This document shows positions 1 to 8,461 of a DNA stretch of 34,785 nt, piece after piece. The translations under genes and the position numbers were made by a program. This DNA comes from an uncultured Dehalococcoidales bacterium. Lineage in GTDB: Bacteria; Chloroflexota; Dehalococcoidia; Dehalococcoidales; UBA5760. Position 1 is the first letter of the stretch. Each line of letters begins with the position of its first letter. The stretch spans positions 1-34,785 of the forward strand of contig CAZYRA010000002.1 in assembly GCA_964649385.1 (NCBI GenBank), given 5' to 3'. Below the pieces are notes generated by a model that worked only from the letters and a program-made list of their open reading frames with translations, made no database searches and was not told the origin of the DNA.

Positions 1-697
1 CGATTCTGCCTCTCCAGATTCTGCCGATGGCTATTCTACCCTTGTGGCTGTCATAATCCAGGTTAGAAACCAGCATTTGAAACGGACCGCTCTTAATTTG
101 AGACGGGGGAACCTTTTCCAATATGCAATCAAGGAGGGGAAAGATATTCTTGCCGTTCATCCCCAGTTCATTTACAGCGATACCTTCTCGGGCGCTGGCA
201 TACAATAATTGGAAATCAAGCTGGTCAACACTGGTAGCTAATTCCAGGAACAGGTCCTGGGTGCGCCGTATTACCTCCGCTATCCGTGAATTGTCCCGGT
301 CTATTTTATTGATAACCACGATAGATTTCAGACCCTTTGCCATAGCCTGGCGTAGTACAAACTTGGTCTGGGGCATGGGGCCTTCCACAGAGTCCACCAG
401 AAGCAAACAACCGTCAGCCATACTGATGATGCGCTCTACCTCTCCGCTGAAATCGGCATGCCCCGGCGTATCGATGATATTGATTTTGACCCCTTTATAG
501 AGCACAGCCGCATTTTTGGACATAATAGTAATCCCTTTTTCACGCTCAAGGGCATTACTGTCCATTATCAGCTCACCGACTACCTGGTTATCCCGGAATA
601 CATTGCTCTGCTTGAGCATAGCATCTACCAGGGTAGTCTTACCATGGTCTACATGGGCGATAATAGCGATATTTCTTATGTCATGACGATAATTCAT
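1..697 (-). CDS. typA: Translational GTPase TypA/BipA, N-terminal part (3' end lies beyond the left window edge)
   Basis: The frame is open to the window edge, so it is absent from the ORF track. The reverse complement from 697 translates MNYRHDIRNIAIIAHVDHGKTTLVDAMLKQSNVFRDNQVVGELIMDSNALEREKGITIMSKNAAVLYKGVKINIIDTPGHADFSGEVERIISMADGCLLLVDSVEGPMPQTK. It carries G1 (AHVDHGKTT) and G3 (DTPGH) motifs and a BipA-like N-terminus. Confidence 0.85.
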   Translation of the reverse strand, partial: MNYRHDIRNIAIIAHVDHGKTTLVDAMLKQSNVFRDNQVVGELIMDSNALEREKGITIMSKNAAVLYKGVKINIIDTPGHADFSGEVERIISMADGCLLLVDSVEGPMPQTKFVLRQAMAKGLKSIVVINKIDRDNSRIAEVIRRTQDLFLELATSVDQLDFQLLYASAREGIAVNELGMNGKNIFPLLDCILEKVPPSQIKSGPFQMLVSNLDYDSHKGRIAIGRIWRGRI

Positions 698-705
698 AGC
701 CTTGT

Positions 706-1917
706 TCAGGCGACAGTTACTTTTACCCGCCCATTTCGTACCACGCGCCGTCCCGATTGGCGCGAAGAGCGGATGTTTCCGTTATCCGGCGCAGGCTTTG
801 CGTAATCAAAACCTTGCAGTGTACAGCGCTCCAGCGGCGCGTTAAGAAGCCGTTCAAGAGCACGTATCTTATCCGCATCAGCATTTGTCACAAATGTTAA
901 TGCAGCACCATTTTTATCGACCCGTCCGGTACGGCCGATTCGGTGGATGTAGTCATCCGTACTCTCAGGCATGTCGTAGTTAATAACATGGGAAATACGC
1001 AAAACATCAATACCGCGGGCAGCAATATCAGTTGCCACCATAATTTTGATCGAGCCGTTACGGAAGCCTGTAAGCGCAGCCTGTCTCTGATTCTGTGAAA
1101 GATTCCCCTGCAGTGAAGTCACCCTATAGCCGTCTCTTACCAGTTGCTGCGCTACACGCTCAGCGCGGTGTTTGGTGCGTGTAAAGACAAGTACCGATTC
1201 TGTTTGGGTACCATTTAGAATTTCCTTCAACAGCGCCGTTTTGAGGTGTTGTTGTACCGGGTACAGAACGTGTGACACCGTTTTTGCCGGTAAGGTATGA
1301 CCGATCTGCACAGTGATCGGGGCATGTAGGATTTCTCGCGCTAGGCGCCGGATATTGTCTGGCATGGTGGCCGAAAAAAGCAATGTCTGACGCTTCTGCA
1401 GAATACACTGCAGAATATTCCGAATATCGGGCAAAAAACCCATGTCAAACATCCGGTCAGCCTCGTCAATGACAAGGATTTCCAGGTCTGCCAAATTTAT
1501 AGTTCCTTTCCACAGGTGGTCTAGCAGGCGGCCCGGGCAGGCCACGACGATTTCAACGCCGCCACGGAGATTCCTGATCTGCTGGTCCATGTTCACTCCG
1601 CCGTAAATGGTACAACTATGCAGCCCGGTTCTTCTCCCCAAGCTATTGATAACCTCGCAGGTCTGCTCGGCCAGCTCACGCGTTGGCGAGATTATCAAAG
1701 CACGGACACATCCTCGCCGGCCTGATCGCAGACTCTCCAGAATAGGCAACACGAAGGCCGCCGTCTTACCCGTTCCGGTCTGGGCCAAACCAATGATATC
1801 ACGCCCCTGCAGAATAGGTGGGATGGCCTGTGCCTGAATTGGTGTGGGTGCGGTATAACCGAGCGCAAGTACACCGGCCATGATGCTCGGATGAAAATTA
1901 AAGGTTTCGAAATTCAT
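706..1917 (-). CDS. DEAD-box ATP-dependent RNA helicase
   Basis: Motifs AQTGTGKT, PTRELA, VIDEADRM (DEAD), SAT and HRIGRTGR are present, with an Arg/Gly-rich C-terminal tail. The ORF extends to 1944. The ATG at 1917 (MNFETF...) is preferred because AAGGAG (1922-1927) sits 4 nt upstream. The stop lies 8 nt before the typA start. Confidence 0.9.
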   Translation of the reverse strand: MNFETFNFHPSIMAGVLALGYTAPTPIQAQAIPPILQGRDIIGLAQTGTGKTAAFVLPILESLRSGRRGCVRALIISPTRELAEQTCEVINSLGRRTGLHSCTIYGGVNMDQQIRNLRGGVEIVVACPGRLLDHLWKGTINLADLEILVIDEADRMFDMGFLPDIRNILQCILQKRQTLLFSATMPDNIRRLAREILHAPITVQIGHTLPAKTVSHVLYPVQQHLKTALLKEILNGTQTESVLVFTRTKHRAERVAQQLVRDGYRVTSLQGNLSQNQRQAALTGFRNGSIKIMVATDIAARGIDVLRISHVINYDMPESTDDYIHRIGRTGRVDKNGAALTFVTNADADKIRALERLLNAPLERCTLQGFDYAKPAPDNGNIRSSRQSGRRVVRNGRVKVTVA

Positions 1918-2032
1918 TAAACTCCTTGGTGAAATACGAGTCAAGAGACTAGAGTATAGATCAGGTGGCTCAAATCATCTGACATTTTCTTTCTTTTCTT
2001 CTGTTCGACCGATTATTGTTTCTGATAGTTGA

Positions 2033-2398
2033 CTAATATCTTCGCGGTTTACCACCACCCGATTGGCCGCCACCACCACCGCCACCACCACCGTAACCAC
2101 CACTGCCATAGCCGCCACTTCTCTTATCGCCGTAGGAACCGCCGCTTCTGCTGTCGGTACGAGGACGAGCTTCATTAACCACGATAGTGCGGTCTTTCAA
2201 TGTTTTCCCATTAAGGCCAGTGATGGCAGCCTCAGCCTCAGACTTTGATGCCATTTCAACAAAGCCAAACCCCTTAGGTCGCCCGCTATACTTGTCTGTT
2301 ATTATGTTTGCAGAAGTTAGCTCTCCAAAAGCCCCGAATTCTTGCCGTAAGTCTTCTTCAGTTACCTCGTATGATAGATTACCCACATATATTTTCAC
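2033..2398 (-). CDS. RRM-type RNA-binding protein with glycine-rich C-terminal tail
   Basis: RNP2 (IYVGNL) and RNP1 (KGFGFVEM) motifs are present. The C-terminus SGGYGSGGYGGGGGGGGGQSGGG is Gly-rich. The GTG start at 2398 is preceded by AAGGAGGG. Confidence 0.9.
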   Translation of the reverse strand: MKIYVGNLSYEVTEEDLRQEFGAFGELTSANIITDKYSGRPKGFGFVEMASKSEAEAAITGLNGKTLKDRTIVVNEARPRTDSRSGGSYGDKRSGGYGSGGYGGGGGGGGGQSGGGKPRRY

Positions 2399-2440
2399 GT
2401 TGTATTTCCCTCCTTAAGATTATGTAGTCCTTGTTGAAGT

Positions 2441-2478
2441 GGCATACACAGACCAAGCGTACCTGATCTGTGTATGCC
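2441..2478 (-). other. Intercistronic 12-bp perfect stem-loop between the zinc-ribbon gene and the RRM gene
   Basis: GGCATACACAGA (2441-2452) and TCTGTGTATGCC (2467-2478) are exact reverse complements with a 14-nt loop. No U-tract follows on the minus strand. Confidence 0.5.
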
Positions 2479-2490
2479 TTCAAGAGCAAA

Positions 2491-2796
2491 CTAGCGGGAT
2501 CCGCTTAATCTGGCCTTATTGTAGCAATCGCTGCAATACACCGGCCGATCTTCGCGGGGCTGGAATGGCACCTGGGTAGCTTTTCCACACTCGGCGCATA
2601 CCGCAGGGAACATTTGGCGTTGGGAACCGTAGCTGTTGTCTCCGGAACGCTCTGACTTTCTGGCTTGGCGACACGGCATACAGCGCTTGGGGTCGTTGGT
2701 ATAGCCTCGGGATGCAAAAAGTTCTTGCTCGTCAGCGCTGAAGGTAAAAGCAGCCCCACAGTCGGAACATTGGATCGACTTGTCCTGAAAACTCAT
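2491..2796 (-). CDS. Small double zinc-ribbon protein (N-terminal CxxC...CxxC plus C-terminal CxxC-x17-CxxC), paralog A
   Basis: Sequence MSFQDKSIQCSDCGAAFTFSADEQELFASRGYTNDPKRCMPCRQARK...CAECGKATQVPFQPREDRPVYCSDC. The ATG at 2796 is preferred over 2841 because GGAGG (2804-2808) lies just upstream. It is 101 aa, the same length as the paralog at 12214-12519. Confidence 0.8.
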   Translation of the reverse strand: MSFQDKSIQCSDCGAAFTFSADEQELFASRGYTNDPKRCMPCRQARKSERSGDNSYGSQRQMFPAVCAECGKATQVPFQPREDRPVYCSDCYNKARLSGSR

Positions 2797-2938
2797 TGGA
2801 TGACCTCCTTTTTCAAATAGTTGGTTAGGACTTTCGGTCATCCAATATACGGATAGATCTAAAATATTTGATTTATCTTCTGATAACCTAGACTTAAACC
2901 ACCAATAGCATTATACAACAGATTAATGTTAATTACAA
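2797..2938 (-). promoter_or_regulatory. Promoter (TTGTAA-N17-TATAAT) plus ~105-nt conserved 5' leader of zinc-ribbon gene A
   Basis: On the minus strand, the -35 TTGTAA is at 2938-2933 and the -10 TATAAT at 2915-2910. Leader blocks are conserved with 12085-12213. TGGATGACC (2844-2836) is the exact reverse complement of GGTCATCCA (2805-2797), which abuts the ATG and overlaps the SD. Confidence 0.6.
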
Positions 2939-2947
2939 ATTATTAGC

Positions 2948-2989
2948 AAAAACAGAAACGGCCCCGCTATGTTAACGGCCATCGGGGGC
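2948..2989 (-). terminator. Candidate intrinsic terminator downstream of tRNA-Ala
   Basis: The minus-strand RNA reads GCCCCCGAUGGCCGUUAACAUAGCGGGGC followed by CGUUUCUGUUUUUG. This is an imperfect GC-rich stem followed by a U-rich tract. Confidence 0.4.
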
Positions 2990-3006
2990 ATTTTAGCTTC
3001 AAAATT

Positions 3007-3082
3007 TGGTGGAGCTGGGGGGATTCGAACCCCCGACCTTTTGACTGCCAGTCAAACGCTCTCCCAATTGAGCTACAGCCCC
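3007..3082 (-). tRNA. tRNA-Ala (anticodon GGC), CCA encoded
   Basis: The reverse complement is GGGGCTGTAGCTCAATTGGGAGAGCGTTTGACTGGCAGTCAAAAGGTCGGGGGTTCGAATCCCCCCAGCTCCACCA (76 nt). It folds as a cloverleaf: acceptor GGGGCTG/CAGCTCC with the G3:U70 alanine identity pair, anticodon stem TTTGA/TCAAA, loop CTGGCAG, and T-loop GGGGGTTCGAATCCCCC. Confidence 0.95.
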
Positions 3083-3208
3083 ACGCGGATAGATATAATT
3101 TAGCATAAAGCGGGCTGGCTGGCAAATCCTTGAGATTGAGCTATCCCGACATAAGCTACGTCATATTTGTCTTTAACGGATTCCTTTCATCTCAGTGAAT
3201 ACAGGCAA

Positions 3209-3238
3209 TTGCGTGGCGATTAAAGGATGGGTTACAAT
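3209..3238 (+). promoter_or_regulatory. Candidate sigma70-type promoter for the cyclophilin gene
   Basis: TTGCGT (3209-3214), an 18-nt spacer, then TACAAT (3233-3238). Its position argues against the 3195 start of the ORF-track frame. Confidence 0.4.
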
Positions 3239-3269
3239 ACTAGCTAAAGAACGCTCTGGAGATATTGCG

Positions 3270-3887
3270 ATGAGAATGAATAGAATGTCCAAAATGGCTA
3301 TTGCTGTCCTGGCTGCCGGTACGCTTTTCCTGGCGTCGTGCACCTGCCAGGAGCCTGAGCAAGCGCCGGAACCGGCGGTAAAACCGAAGACCTACTCGGC
3401 ACCCCCGGCGATGGTGATTGATACCGGCAAGGAGTATACCGCCACTATCGAGACCGAGCGTGGTAACATGATACTGGAGCTATTCGCCAGCGACGTCCCT
3501 AATACGGTAAACAACTTTGTCTTTCTCGCCAGGGAAGGCTTCTACGACGGCAGCACCTTTCACCGGGTAATGCCGGGCTTTATGGCCCAAGGAGGAGACC
3601 CCACCGGTACCGGAACGGGTAATCCGGGTTATAGATTCGACGATGAGTTCACCGAGCACACTCATGTTACCGGTGCTCTGTCCATGGCCAATTCCGGCGC
3701 TAATACCAACGGCTGCCAGTTCTTCATTACCTATGCGCCGCAGCCCGGTCTCAACGGTAAGCATACCGTCTTCGGACAGCTCATCGAGGGGATGGATGTT
3801 CTGGAAAGCCTCACTCCCCGAGACCCCAGGCAGCATCCAAACTTCGAGGGCGACAAAATATTAAGGATAACAATTCAGGAAAGCTAA
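3270..3887 (+). CDS. Cyclophilin-type peptidyl-prolyl cis-trans isomerase, predicted lipoprotein
   Basis: Cyclophilin motifs are present (FHRVMPGFMAQGGDP, SMANSGANTNGCQFFIT, HTVFG). The N-terminus MRMNRMSKMAIAVLAAGTLFLASC has a charged n-region, a hydrophobic core and an L-A-S-C lipobox. The ATG at 3270 follows GGAG. Confidence 0.85.
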   Translation: MRMNRMSKMAIAVLAAGTLFLASCTCQEPEQAPEPAVKPKTYSAPPAMVIDTGKEYTATIETERGNMILELFASDVPNTVNNFVFLAREGFYDGSTFHRVMPGFMAQGGDPTGTGTGNPGYRFDDEFTEHTHVTGALSMANSGANTNGCQFFITYAPQPGLNGKHTVFGQLIEGMDVLESLTPRDPRQHPNFEGDKILRITIQES

Positions 3888-3904
3888 ATACTCCGGGCTA
3901 AATG

Positions 3905-4576
3905 TTAGCTCTCCTTACGGAACATAGTAAGGTACTGAATCCCCATGGCGAACACCAGTTTGCTCTCGATGTGGAGTAGAGAAGTGCCTTCCGTAAACTT
4001 AACGATGCTCTTCGGTGTTAATCTTTGCAGGTGTATCTTCCTCGCCAGCAGAGGGTTTCGGTATTGCCTCATCGCAGCGCCGATGGCCTGCATTCCCTGG
4101 AACAGCTCCCAGGGGTAGATAATAATAGCGGTTCCCCCCGGCTTGAGGACCCTGGCAACCTCGGAAAAGAACTGCTCTAGGTTCGGCAGGTGTTCAATCG
4201 TATGCAGTGAATAGACTTTGTCAAAGCTGCCTTCGGCAAAGTCAAGGTTGGTAATATCGCCATACTCTACCTTGGGGGTAACCGCTTTCTCTAAAGAGTC
4301 TTCGCTTATATCCACGCCAATTACACCCTTGGTATAGTCCTCCATTGCTTTAACGTAGAAGCCCCGACTGCAGCCCATGTCCAGGACCTTCTCTTCCTCT
4401 CCGGGGTTGAGGTACTCCAGCAGGACCTTAAAGAGGGCGGAGTTGAAGTTGAACGCCATCCGGTAGCCTGTCCCCGGTTGGACGGTCTCAGTAGGAGATT
4501 TCCCGGTGGAAGACGGGATGTTTTTGCTATCAACACTACCTGGATCATCCGGTCTGGGCAAGGTGTTCCTCCTCAT
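3905..4576 (-). CDS. Class I SAM-dependent methyltransferase
   Basis: Motif I VLDMGCSRGFY and post-I VIGVDIS are present, with a Methyltransf_11-like core (VYSLHTIEHL, LKPGG). AGGAGA lies 8 nt upstream of the ATG at 4576. The N-terminal ~39 aa are low complexity. Confidence 0.75.
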   Translation of the reverse strand: MRRNTLPRPDDPGSVDSKNIPSSTGKSPTETVQPGTGYRMAFNFNSALFKVLLEYLNPGEEEKVLDMGCSRGFYVKAMEDYTKGVIGVDISEDSLEKAVTPKVEYGDITNLDFAEGSFDKVYSLHTIEHLPNLEQFFSEVARVLKPGGTAIIIYPWELFQGMQAIGAAMRQYRNPLLARKIHLQRLTPKSIVKFTEGTSLLHIESKLVFAMGIQYLTMFRKES

Positions 4577-4661
4577 TAGATGATTCTCCTATGATGGATT
4601 GTTTGACGTCTGTCGCGGTAACTACGTGTTCGCTCAATATCACGGCTAATTGCGGTACGAC

Positions 4662-5297
4662 TTACTCTGCGCCAACCCGTCTGCGGCAGACGGCCCCCAC
4701 TTCTATCAGGTGGCACCCCTGTATCTTCAGGATTTCCAGGCCGCTGGCTTCCAGTTGCCGGATAAATTCCTCTCTGGAGAGGGCGACCTCATCACTATAT
4801 ATCCACAGGTGCAGCCTCTCCAGGAATCCTCTCCAGAACCGGTAGGTTAGACTTGGGGTGGGCACCAGGATTATCGCAATCCCGCCCGGGGCAAGCAGGT
4901 CGCGGTGCAGGCGAATCAGCTGCCGCTGCTCTTGCGGGGTATAGTGCTCGAGAAGCCCCTGGGAGTGAACGATATCATACCTTTCCTCCAGATCAAGGCT
5001 GAACAGGTCCCTAAGCAGGAACTCCTTCTCGCATTCAAGGAAGGACATTCTTCTTTCCGTATCCTTGATGACACCGGCGTTAGCATCAACCAGGGTTACC
5101 TTGGCCACCGGATACAGCCTGGTCATCTGCATGGTATGGTAGCCGGTACCGCAGCCCAGCTCGATTATCTTAATCGGCTCACTGAAGCTGAAACCACTAA
5201 GCAGGCTAGCGTAGGCCCGCCACACCGTCCAGAGAAACCTCTGGCTGACCCGGACGCGCTTGTGGTATCTGTCCCAGTCGGTGGCAACCCTTTCCAT
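4662..5297 (-). CDS. Class I SAM-dependent methyltransferase
   Basis: Motif I IIELGCGTGYHT is present, followed by VTLVDAN, HSQGLLEHY and LAPGG. It has no obvious similarity to the neighbouring methyltransferase. Confidence 0.75.
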   Translation of the reverse strand: MERVATDWDRYHKRVRVSQRFLWTVWRAYASLLSGFSFSEPIKIIELGCGTGYHTMQMTRLYPVAKVTLVDANAGVIKDTERRMSFLECEKEFLLRDLFSLDLEERYDIVHSQGLLEHYTPQEQRQLIRLHRDLLAPGGIAIILVPTPSLTYRFWRGFLERLHLWIYSDEVALSREEFIRQLEASGLEILKIQGCHLIEVGAVCRRRVGAE

Positions 5298-5321
5298 AAA
5301 TAACTCCTTGTCAACCTATTT

Positions 5322-5993
5322 TCAAGATATACCGGGTATGTCAGGCATGTTAAGCAGACCCAGCCAGCGCAGAAAAGAGCCCAGGCCGAGATATCCGCAA
5401 TAGGCAATGCCAATAGCCTTAACCGTCTGGCCCGCCCAGCAGGCAAAGAAGAATTTTACCAGGCGGAAGCGCATTGTCCCCATACTGATTGCCATCGGTG
5501 TGAAAAAGGGGTTGGGCAGCACGGATAGTACAAACACGGCCAGCGTGCCCCTCCGGTGGGCGTAATGCATAATCCGGTGCATCTTTATCCGCCTCAAGAA
5601 CCGTGACCATCGGGAAGAGTACGCCTCATCAGCCGGGTCCGAGATGTCAAAGTGGGGAAAGAAGCGGCGCCCACCGCGGCCGGTCAAATAGAGGAGAGTG
5701 CCCCCGACACCAAGCCCTGCCCCAGTGGCTATTCCCACCAGTGCCGGCTCTAATACGCCGCCAAGGGTAAAGGTGAATATCATGTACGGGACCGGCAGCG
5801 GGATACTGAAACCGCTAACCAGCGCCATAAGAAAAAGGCCTAAATAGCCATACCTCTGAAAGCGGAGTACATATTCCCAGTGATAGACAAGAAGAATGCA
5901 GGCAACGACAATCCCGGCGACAAAACAGGCACCGACAATATACTTCTTACGGTTCGAGCTCTTCTTTGCTTCTGCGCTAGTTGCTGCCGTCAT
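5322..5993 (-). CDS. Polytopic membrane protein, VTT/DedA (SNARE-associated)-like
   Basis: Several hydrophobic spans are visible (IVVACILLVY, LGLFLMALVSGFSIPLPVPYMIF, ALVGIATGAGLGVGGTLLYL, LAVFVLSVLPNPFF). The ATG at 5993 overlaps the clpC stop (TGATG), with an alternative TTG at 5996. The family call is tentative. Confidence 0.5.
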   Translation of the reverse strand: MTAATSAEAKKSSNRKKYIVGACFVAGIVVACILLVYHWEYVLRFQRYGYLGLFLMALVSGFSIPLPVPYMIFTFTLGGVLEPALVGIATGAGLGVGGTLLYLTGRGGRRFFPHFDISDPADEAYSSRWSRFLRRIKMHRIMHYAHRRGTLAVFVLSVLPNPFFTPMAISMGTMRFRLVKFFFACWAGQTVKAIGIAYCGYLGLGSFLRWLGLLNMPDIPGIS

Positions 5994-8461
5994 CAAGCAT
6001 TTCCTGCCCGCTTGCCTGCTTTAGCCGCCTTCCCGGTGGAGAAGGTCAGCTTATCATCGCTCAAGCCAACAATAATCTTATCACCTTCGCTAAACTCCCC
6101 CTCAAGTAGCTTGCTCGACAGCGGGTTCTCTACATACCGTTCGATGGCTCGCCTTAGCGGCCGCGCCCCGTAGGCCGGGTCGTAGCCCTCCTTAACCAGC
6201 CAGGACTTGGCGTCTTCAGTCAGCTCTATCATCAACCCACGTTCACTGAGCCGCTGTTGCAGGTTCTTGACCAGCAGCTCAACGATGCTCCCGAGTTGCG
6301 CCTCGGTTAGCTCATGGAAGACGATAATCTCATCTATTCGGTTGATGAATTCGGGACGGAAGGTCTTCTTCACCGCCTCCATCACCTTTCCCTTCATACG
6401 CCGATAGCTCTGCTGTCCGCTTTCCTCTTCGCCTTTTTGTCTACCGAAGCCGAGGTCCATCCCCTGTCTGATGGACTCGGCACCGGTGTTGCTGGTCATA
6501 ATAATGATGCTGTTCTTAAAATCTACCGTCCGCCCGTGACCGTCGGTCAGCCGTCCATCGTCAAGAATCTGGAGGAGTATGTTGAATACCTCCGGGTGAG
6601 CCTTCTCTATTTCATCGAGCAGGACTACCCGATAGGGGCGCCGCCGCACGGCTTCGGTAAGCTGTCCGCCCTCTTCATAGCCGACATAACCCGGTGGCGC
6701 TCCGATAAGACGGGATACAGTGTGTTTTTCCTGGTACTCCGACATATCCAAGCGTACCATAGCACTTTCGTCATCAAACAGGAACCAGGCTAGAGTACGG
6801 GCCAGTTCTGTCTTGCCGACACCGGTAGGACCCAGGAACATAAAGCTACCGATGGGCCGCTTGGGGTTCTTCAGTCCGGCACGGCTCCTGCGAATGGCTT
6901 CGGAGACGGCGTTTACCGCCTCTTCCTGGTTGACCAGCCTATCGTGAATCCGCTCCTCCATATGGACCAGCTTCTCTACTTCACCCTCTAGCATCTGAGA
7001 AACCGGGATCCCTGTCCATTTCGAGATGAGCTGGGCGATACCCTCTTCGTCAACCACTTCGTCAATCTTTTCCTTTTGCAGCCAGTCGTTCTTGGCACGG
7101 TTGTATTCGTCTTCCTGCCGTAGTCTCTCTGCCTTAAGCTGAGCGGCCTGCTCGTAGTCCTGCCGCTGGGAAGCCGCCTCCTCCTCATTATTCAGCTGCT
7201 TTACATGCTGCTCCAGTGACTTTACCTCCGGTGGGGCACTCTCGGCATCGATACGTATCTTGCTGGAGGCTTCATCAATCAGGTCAATCGCCTTGTCGGG
7301 TAGAAAGCGGTCGGAGATATAGCGCTGACTCAGCCGGGCGGCTGCCTCCAGAGCCCCGTCGCTTATCTTAATCTTGTGGTGTGCCTCATAGCGGGGACGG
7401 AGCCCGCGCAGCATTTCAATGGTCGCCTCAATGCTGGGTTCGCCAACGAACACCGGCTGCAGACGCCGCTCCAGAGCCTTATCCTTCTCGATGAACTTAC
7501 GGTAATCGTCGAGAGTAGTCGCACCGATACACTGCAGTTCACCGCGCGCCAGCGCCGGCTTGAGCATATTGCTGGCATCAATCGCTCCCTCGGCGGCTCC
7601 GGCGCCGACCACGGTATGGATTTCATCAATGAATAGTATTACCTCACCCCGCGACTGACGGACCTCATCCATCACTGCCTTGAGCCGCTCCTCGAATTCA
7701 CCGCGGAACTTGCTGCCGGCAACCAAGGCTCCCATATCGAGGGCCACCACCTTCCGTCCTTTAAGAGAGTCAGGAACATCATCGGCGGCAATCTTTTCCG
7801 CCAGTCCCTCAGCAAGGGCCGTCTTGCCGACCCCGGCATCACCGATAATCACCGGGTTATTCTTGGTGCGGCGGGTAATTATCTGCATTACCCGCTTGAT
7901 CTCCTCTTCGCGGCCGATGACCGGGTCGAGCTTCCCCTGACGGGCAAGCTCGGTCAGATCGCGGCCGTACTTTTCCAGGGAGCGGTATTTACTCTCAGCC
8001 CGGGTGTCGGTAACCCGGTGACTACCACGGAGCTTCTGGAGAGCAGCATAAACCCTCTCCTGATCAATACCCAGCTGGTGCAGGATACCCGCCGCCTTAC
8101 CCTTCTCCTCTGTAGTCATGGCAATAAAGAGATGTTCGGTGCCGATAAATTCATCCTTGAGTCTGGCCGCTTCCTCACCAGCCTTGGTTATCAGTTGGGC
8201 AACCTGCGGTGTCTCATAGATCTGACCCGTTTCATAAGCAACCCGGGGAGACTGCTCCAGCACCGCTTCAACCTGCTGTCTGGCTGCTTCAAGGTTAACC
8301 CCAAGCTCTGTCAATACCTCGCCGACCAGACCCGCCTCCTGCCGGAGCAGTGCCAGCAGGATATGCTCGATATCCCGCTGACTGTGGTGGTACTGGCGGA
8401 CTATCTCCTGGGATAAAGCCAGTGCCTCCTGTGCTTGCTCGGTAAACTTTTCCTGTCTCAT
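5993..8461 (-). CDS. clpC: AAA+ Clp ATPase, ClpC-type architecture
   Basis: The protein has two AAA modules ([16 protein letters not shown]) and a Clp_N repeat N-terminus. The middle domain is short and has a UVR-like segment ([17 protein letters not shown]), like B. subtilis ClpC. An LGF tripeptide loop (GMDLGFGRQ) follows IIMTSNTG, where ClpC/ClpA carry the ClpP-docking loop; ClpB lacks it. Confidence 0.8.
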   Translation of the reverse strand: MRQEKFTEQAQEALALSQEIVRQYHHSQRDIEHILLALLRQEAGLVGEVLTELGVNLEAARQQVEAVLEQSPRVAYETGQIYETPQVAQLITKAGEEAARLKDEFIGTEHLFIAMTTEEKGKAAGILHQLGIDQERVYAALQKLRGSHRVTDTRAESKYRSLEKYGRDLTELARQGKLDPVIGREEEIKRVMQIITRRTKNNPVIIGDAGVGKTALAEGLAEKIAADDVPDSLKGRKVVALDMGALVAGSKFRGEFEERLKAVMDEVRQSRGEVILFIDEIHTVVGAGAAEGAIDASNMLKPALARGELQCIGATTLDDYRKFIEKDKALERRLQPVFVGEPSIEATIEMLRGLRPRYEAHHKIKISDGALEAAARLSQRYISDRFLPDKAIDLIDEASSKIRIDAESAPPEVKSLEQHVKQLNNEEEAASQRQDYEQAAQLKAERLRQEDEYNRAKNDWLQKEKIDEVVDEEGIAQLISKWTGIPVSQMLEGEVEKLVHMEERIHDRLVNQEEAVNAVSEAIRRSRAGLKNPKRPIGSFMFLGPTGVGKTELARTLAWFLFDDESAMVRLDMSEYQEKHTVSRLIGAPPGYVGYEEGGQLTEAVRRRPYRVVLLDEIEKAHPEVFNILLQILDDGRLTDGHGRTVDFKNSIIIMTSNTGAESIRQGMDLGFGRQKGEEESGQQSYRRMKGKVMEAVKKTFRPEFINRIDEIIVFHELTEAQLGSIVELLVKNLQQRLSERGLMIELTEDAKSWLVKEGYDPAYGARPLRRAIERYVENPLSSKLLEGEFSEGDKIIVGLSDDKLTFSTGKAAKAGKRAGNA

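Noticed and set aside
123-805. Plus-strand ORFs 123-500 and 458-805
   Set aside because: They lie antisense to the typA N-terminus and the 3' end of the DEAD-box gene. They show no recognisable motifs and are shadow frames of strongly supported genes.
2040-2110. (GGN)n tract encoding the G9 run of the RRM protein, as a contingency or phase-variation locus
   Set aside because: Codons are mixed (GGT, GGC, GGA), so the DNA is not a perfect repeat. Glycine-rich tails are a normal feature of this protein class.
2842-3200. tRNA-Ala as an integration site for a mobile or genomic island
   Set aside because: There is no integrase, no excisionase, no duplicated tRNA 3'-end (att) sequence that I could find, and no phage or transposon genes on either side. 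The AT-rich flanks are explained by promoters and terminators.
3195-3269. Longer N-terminus of the cyclophilin ORF (GTG at 3195)
   Set aside because: The extension has no signal-peptide logic and contains the candidate promoter (3209-3238). The ATG at 3270 gives a textbook lipoprotein signal peptide.
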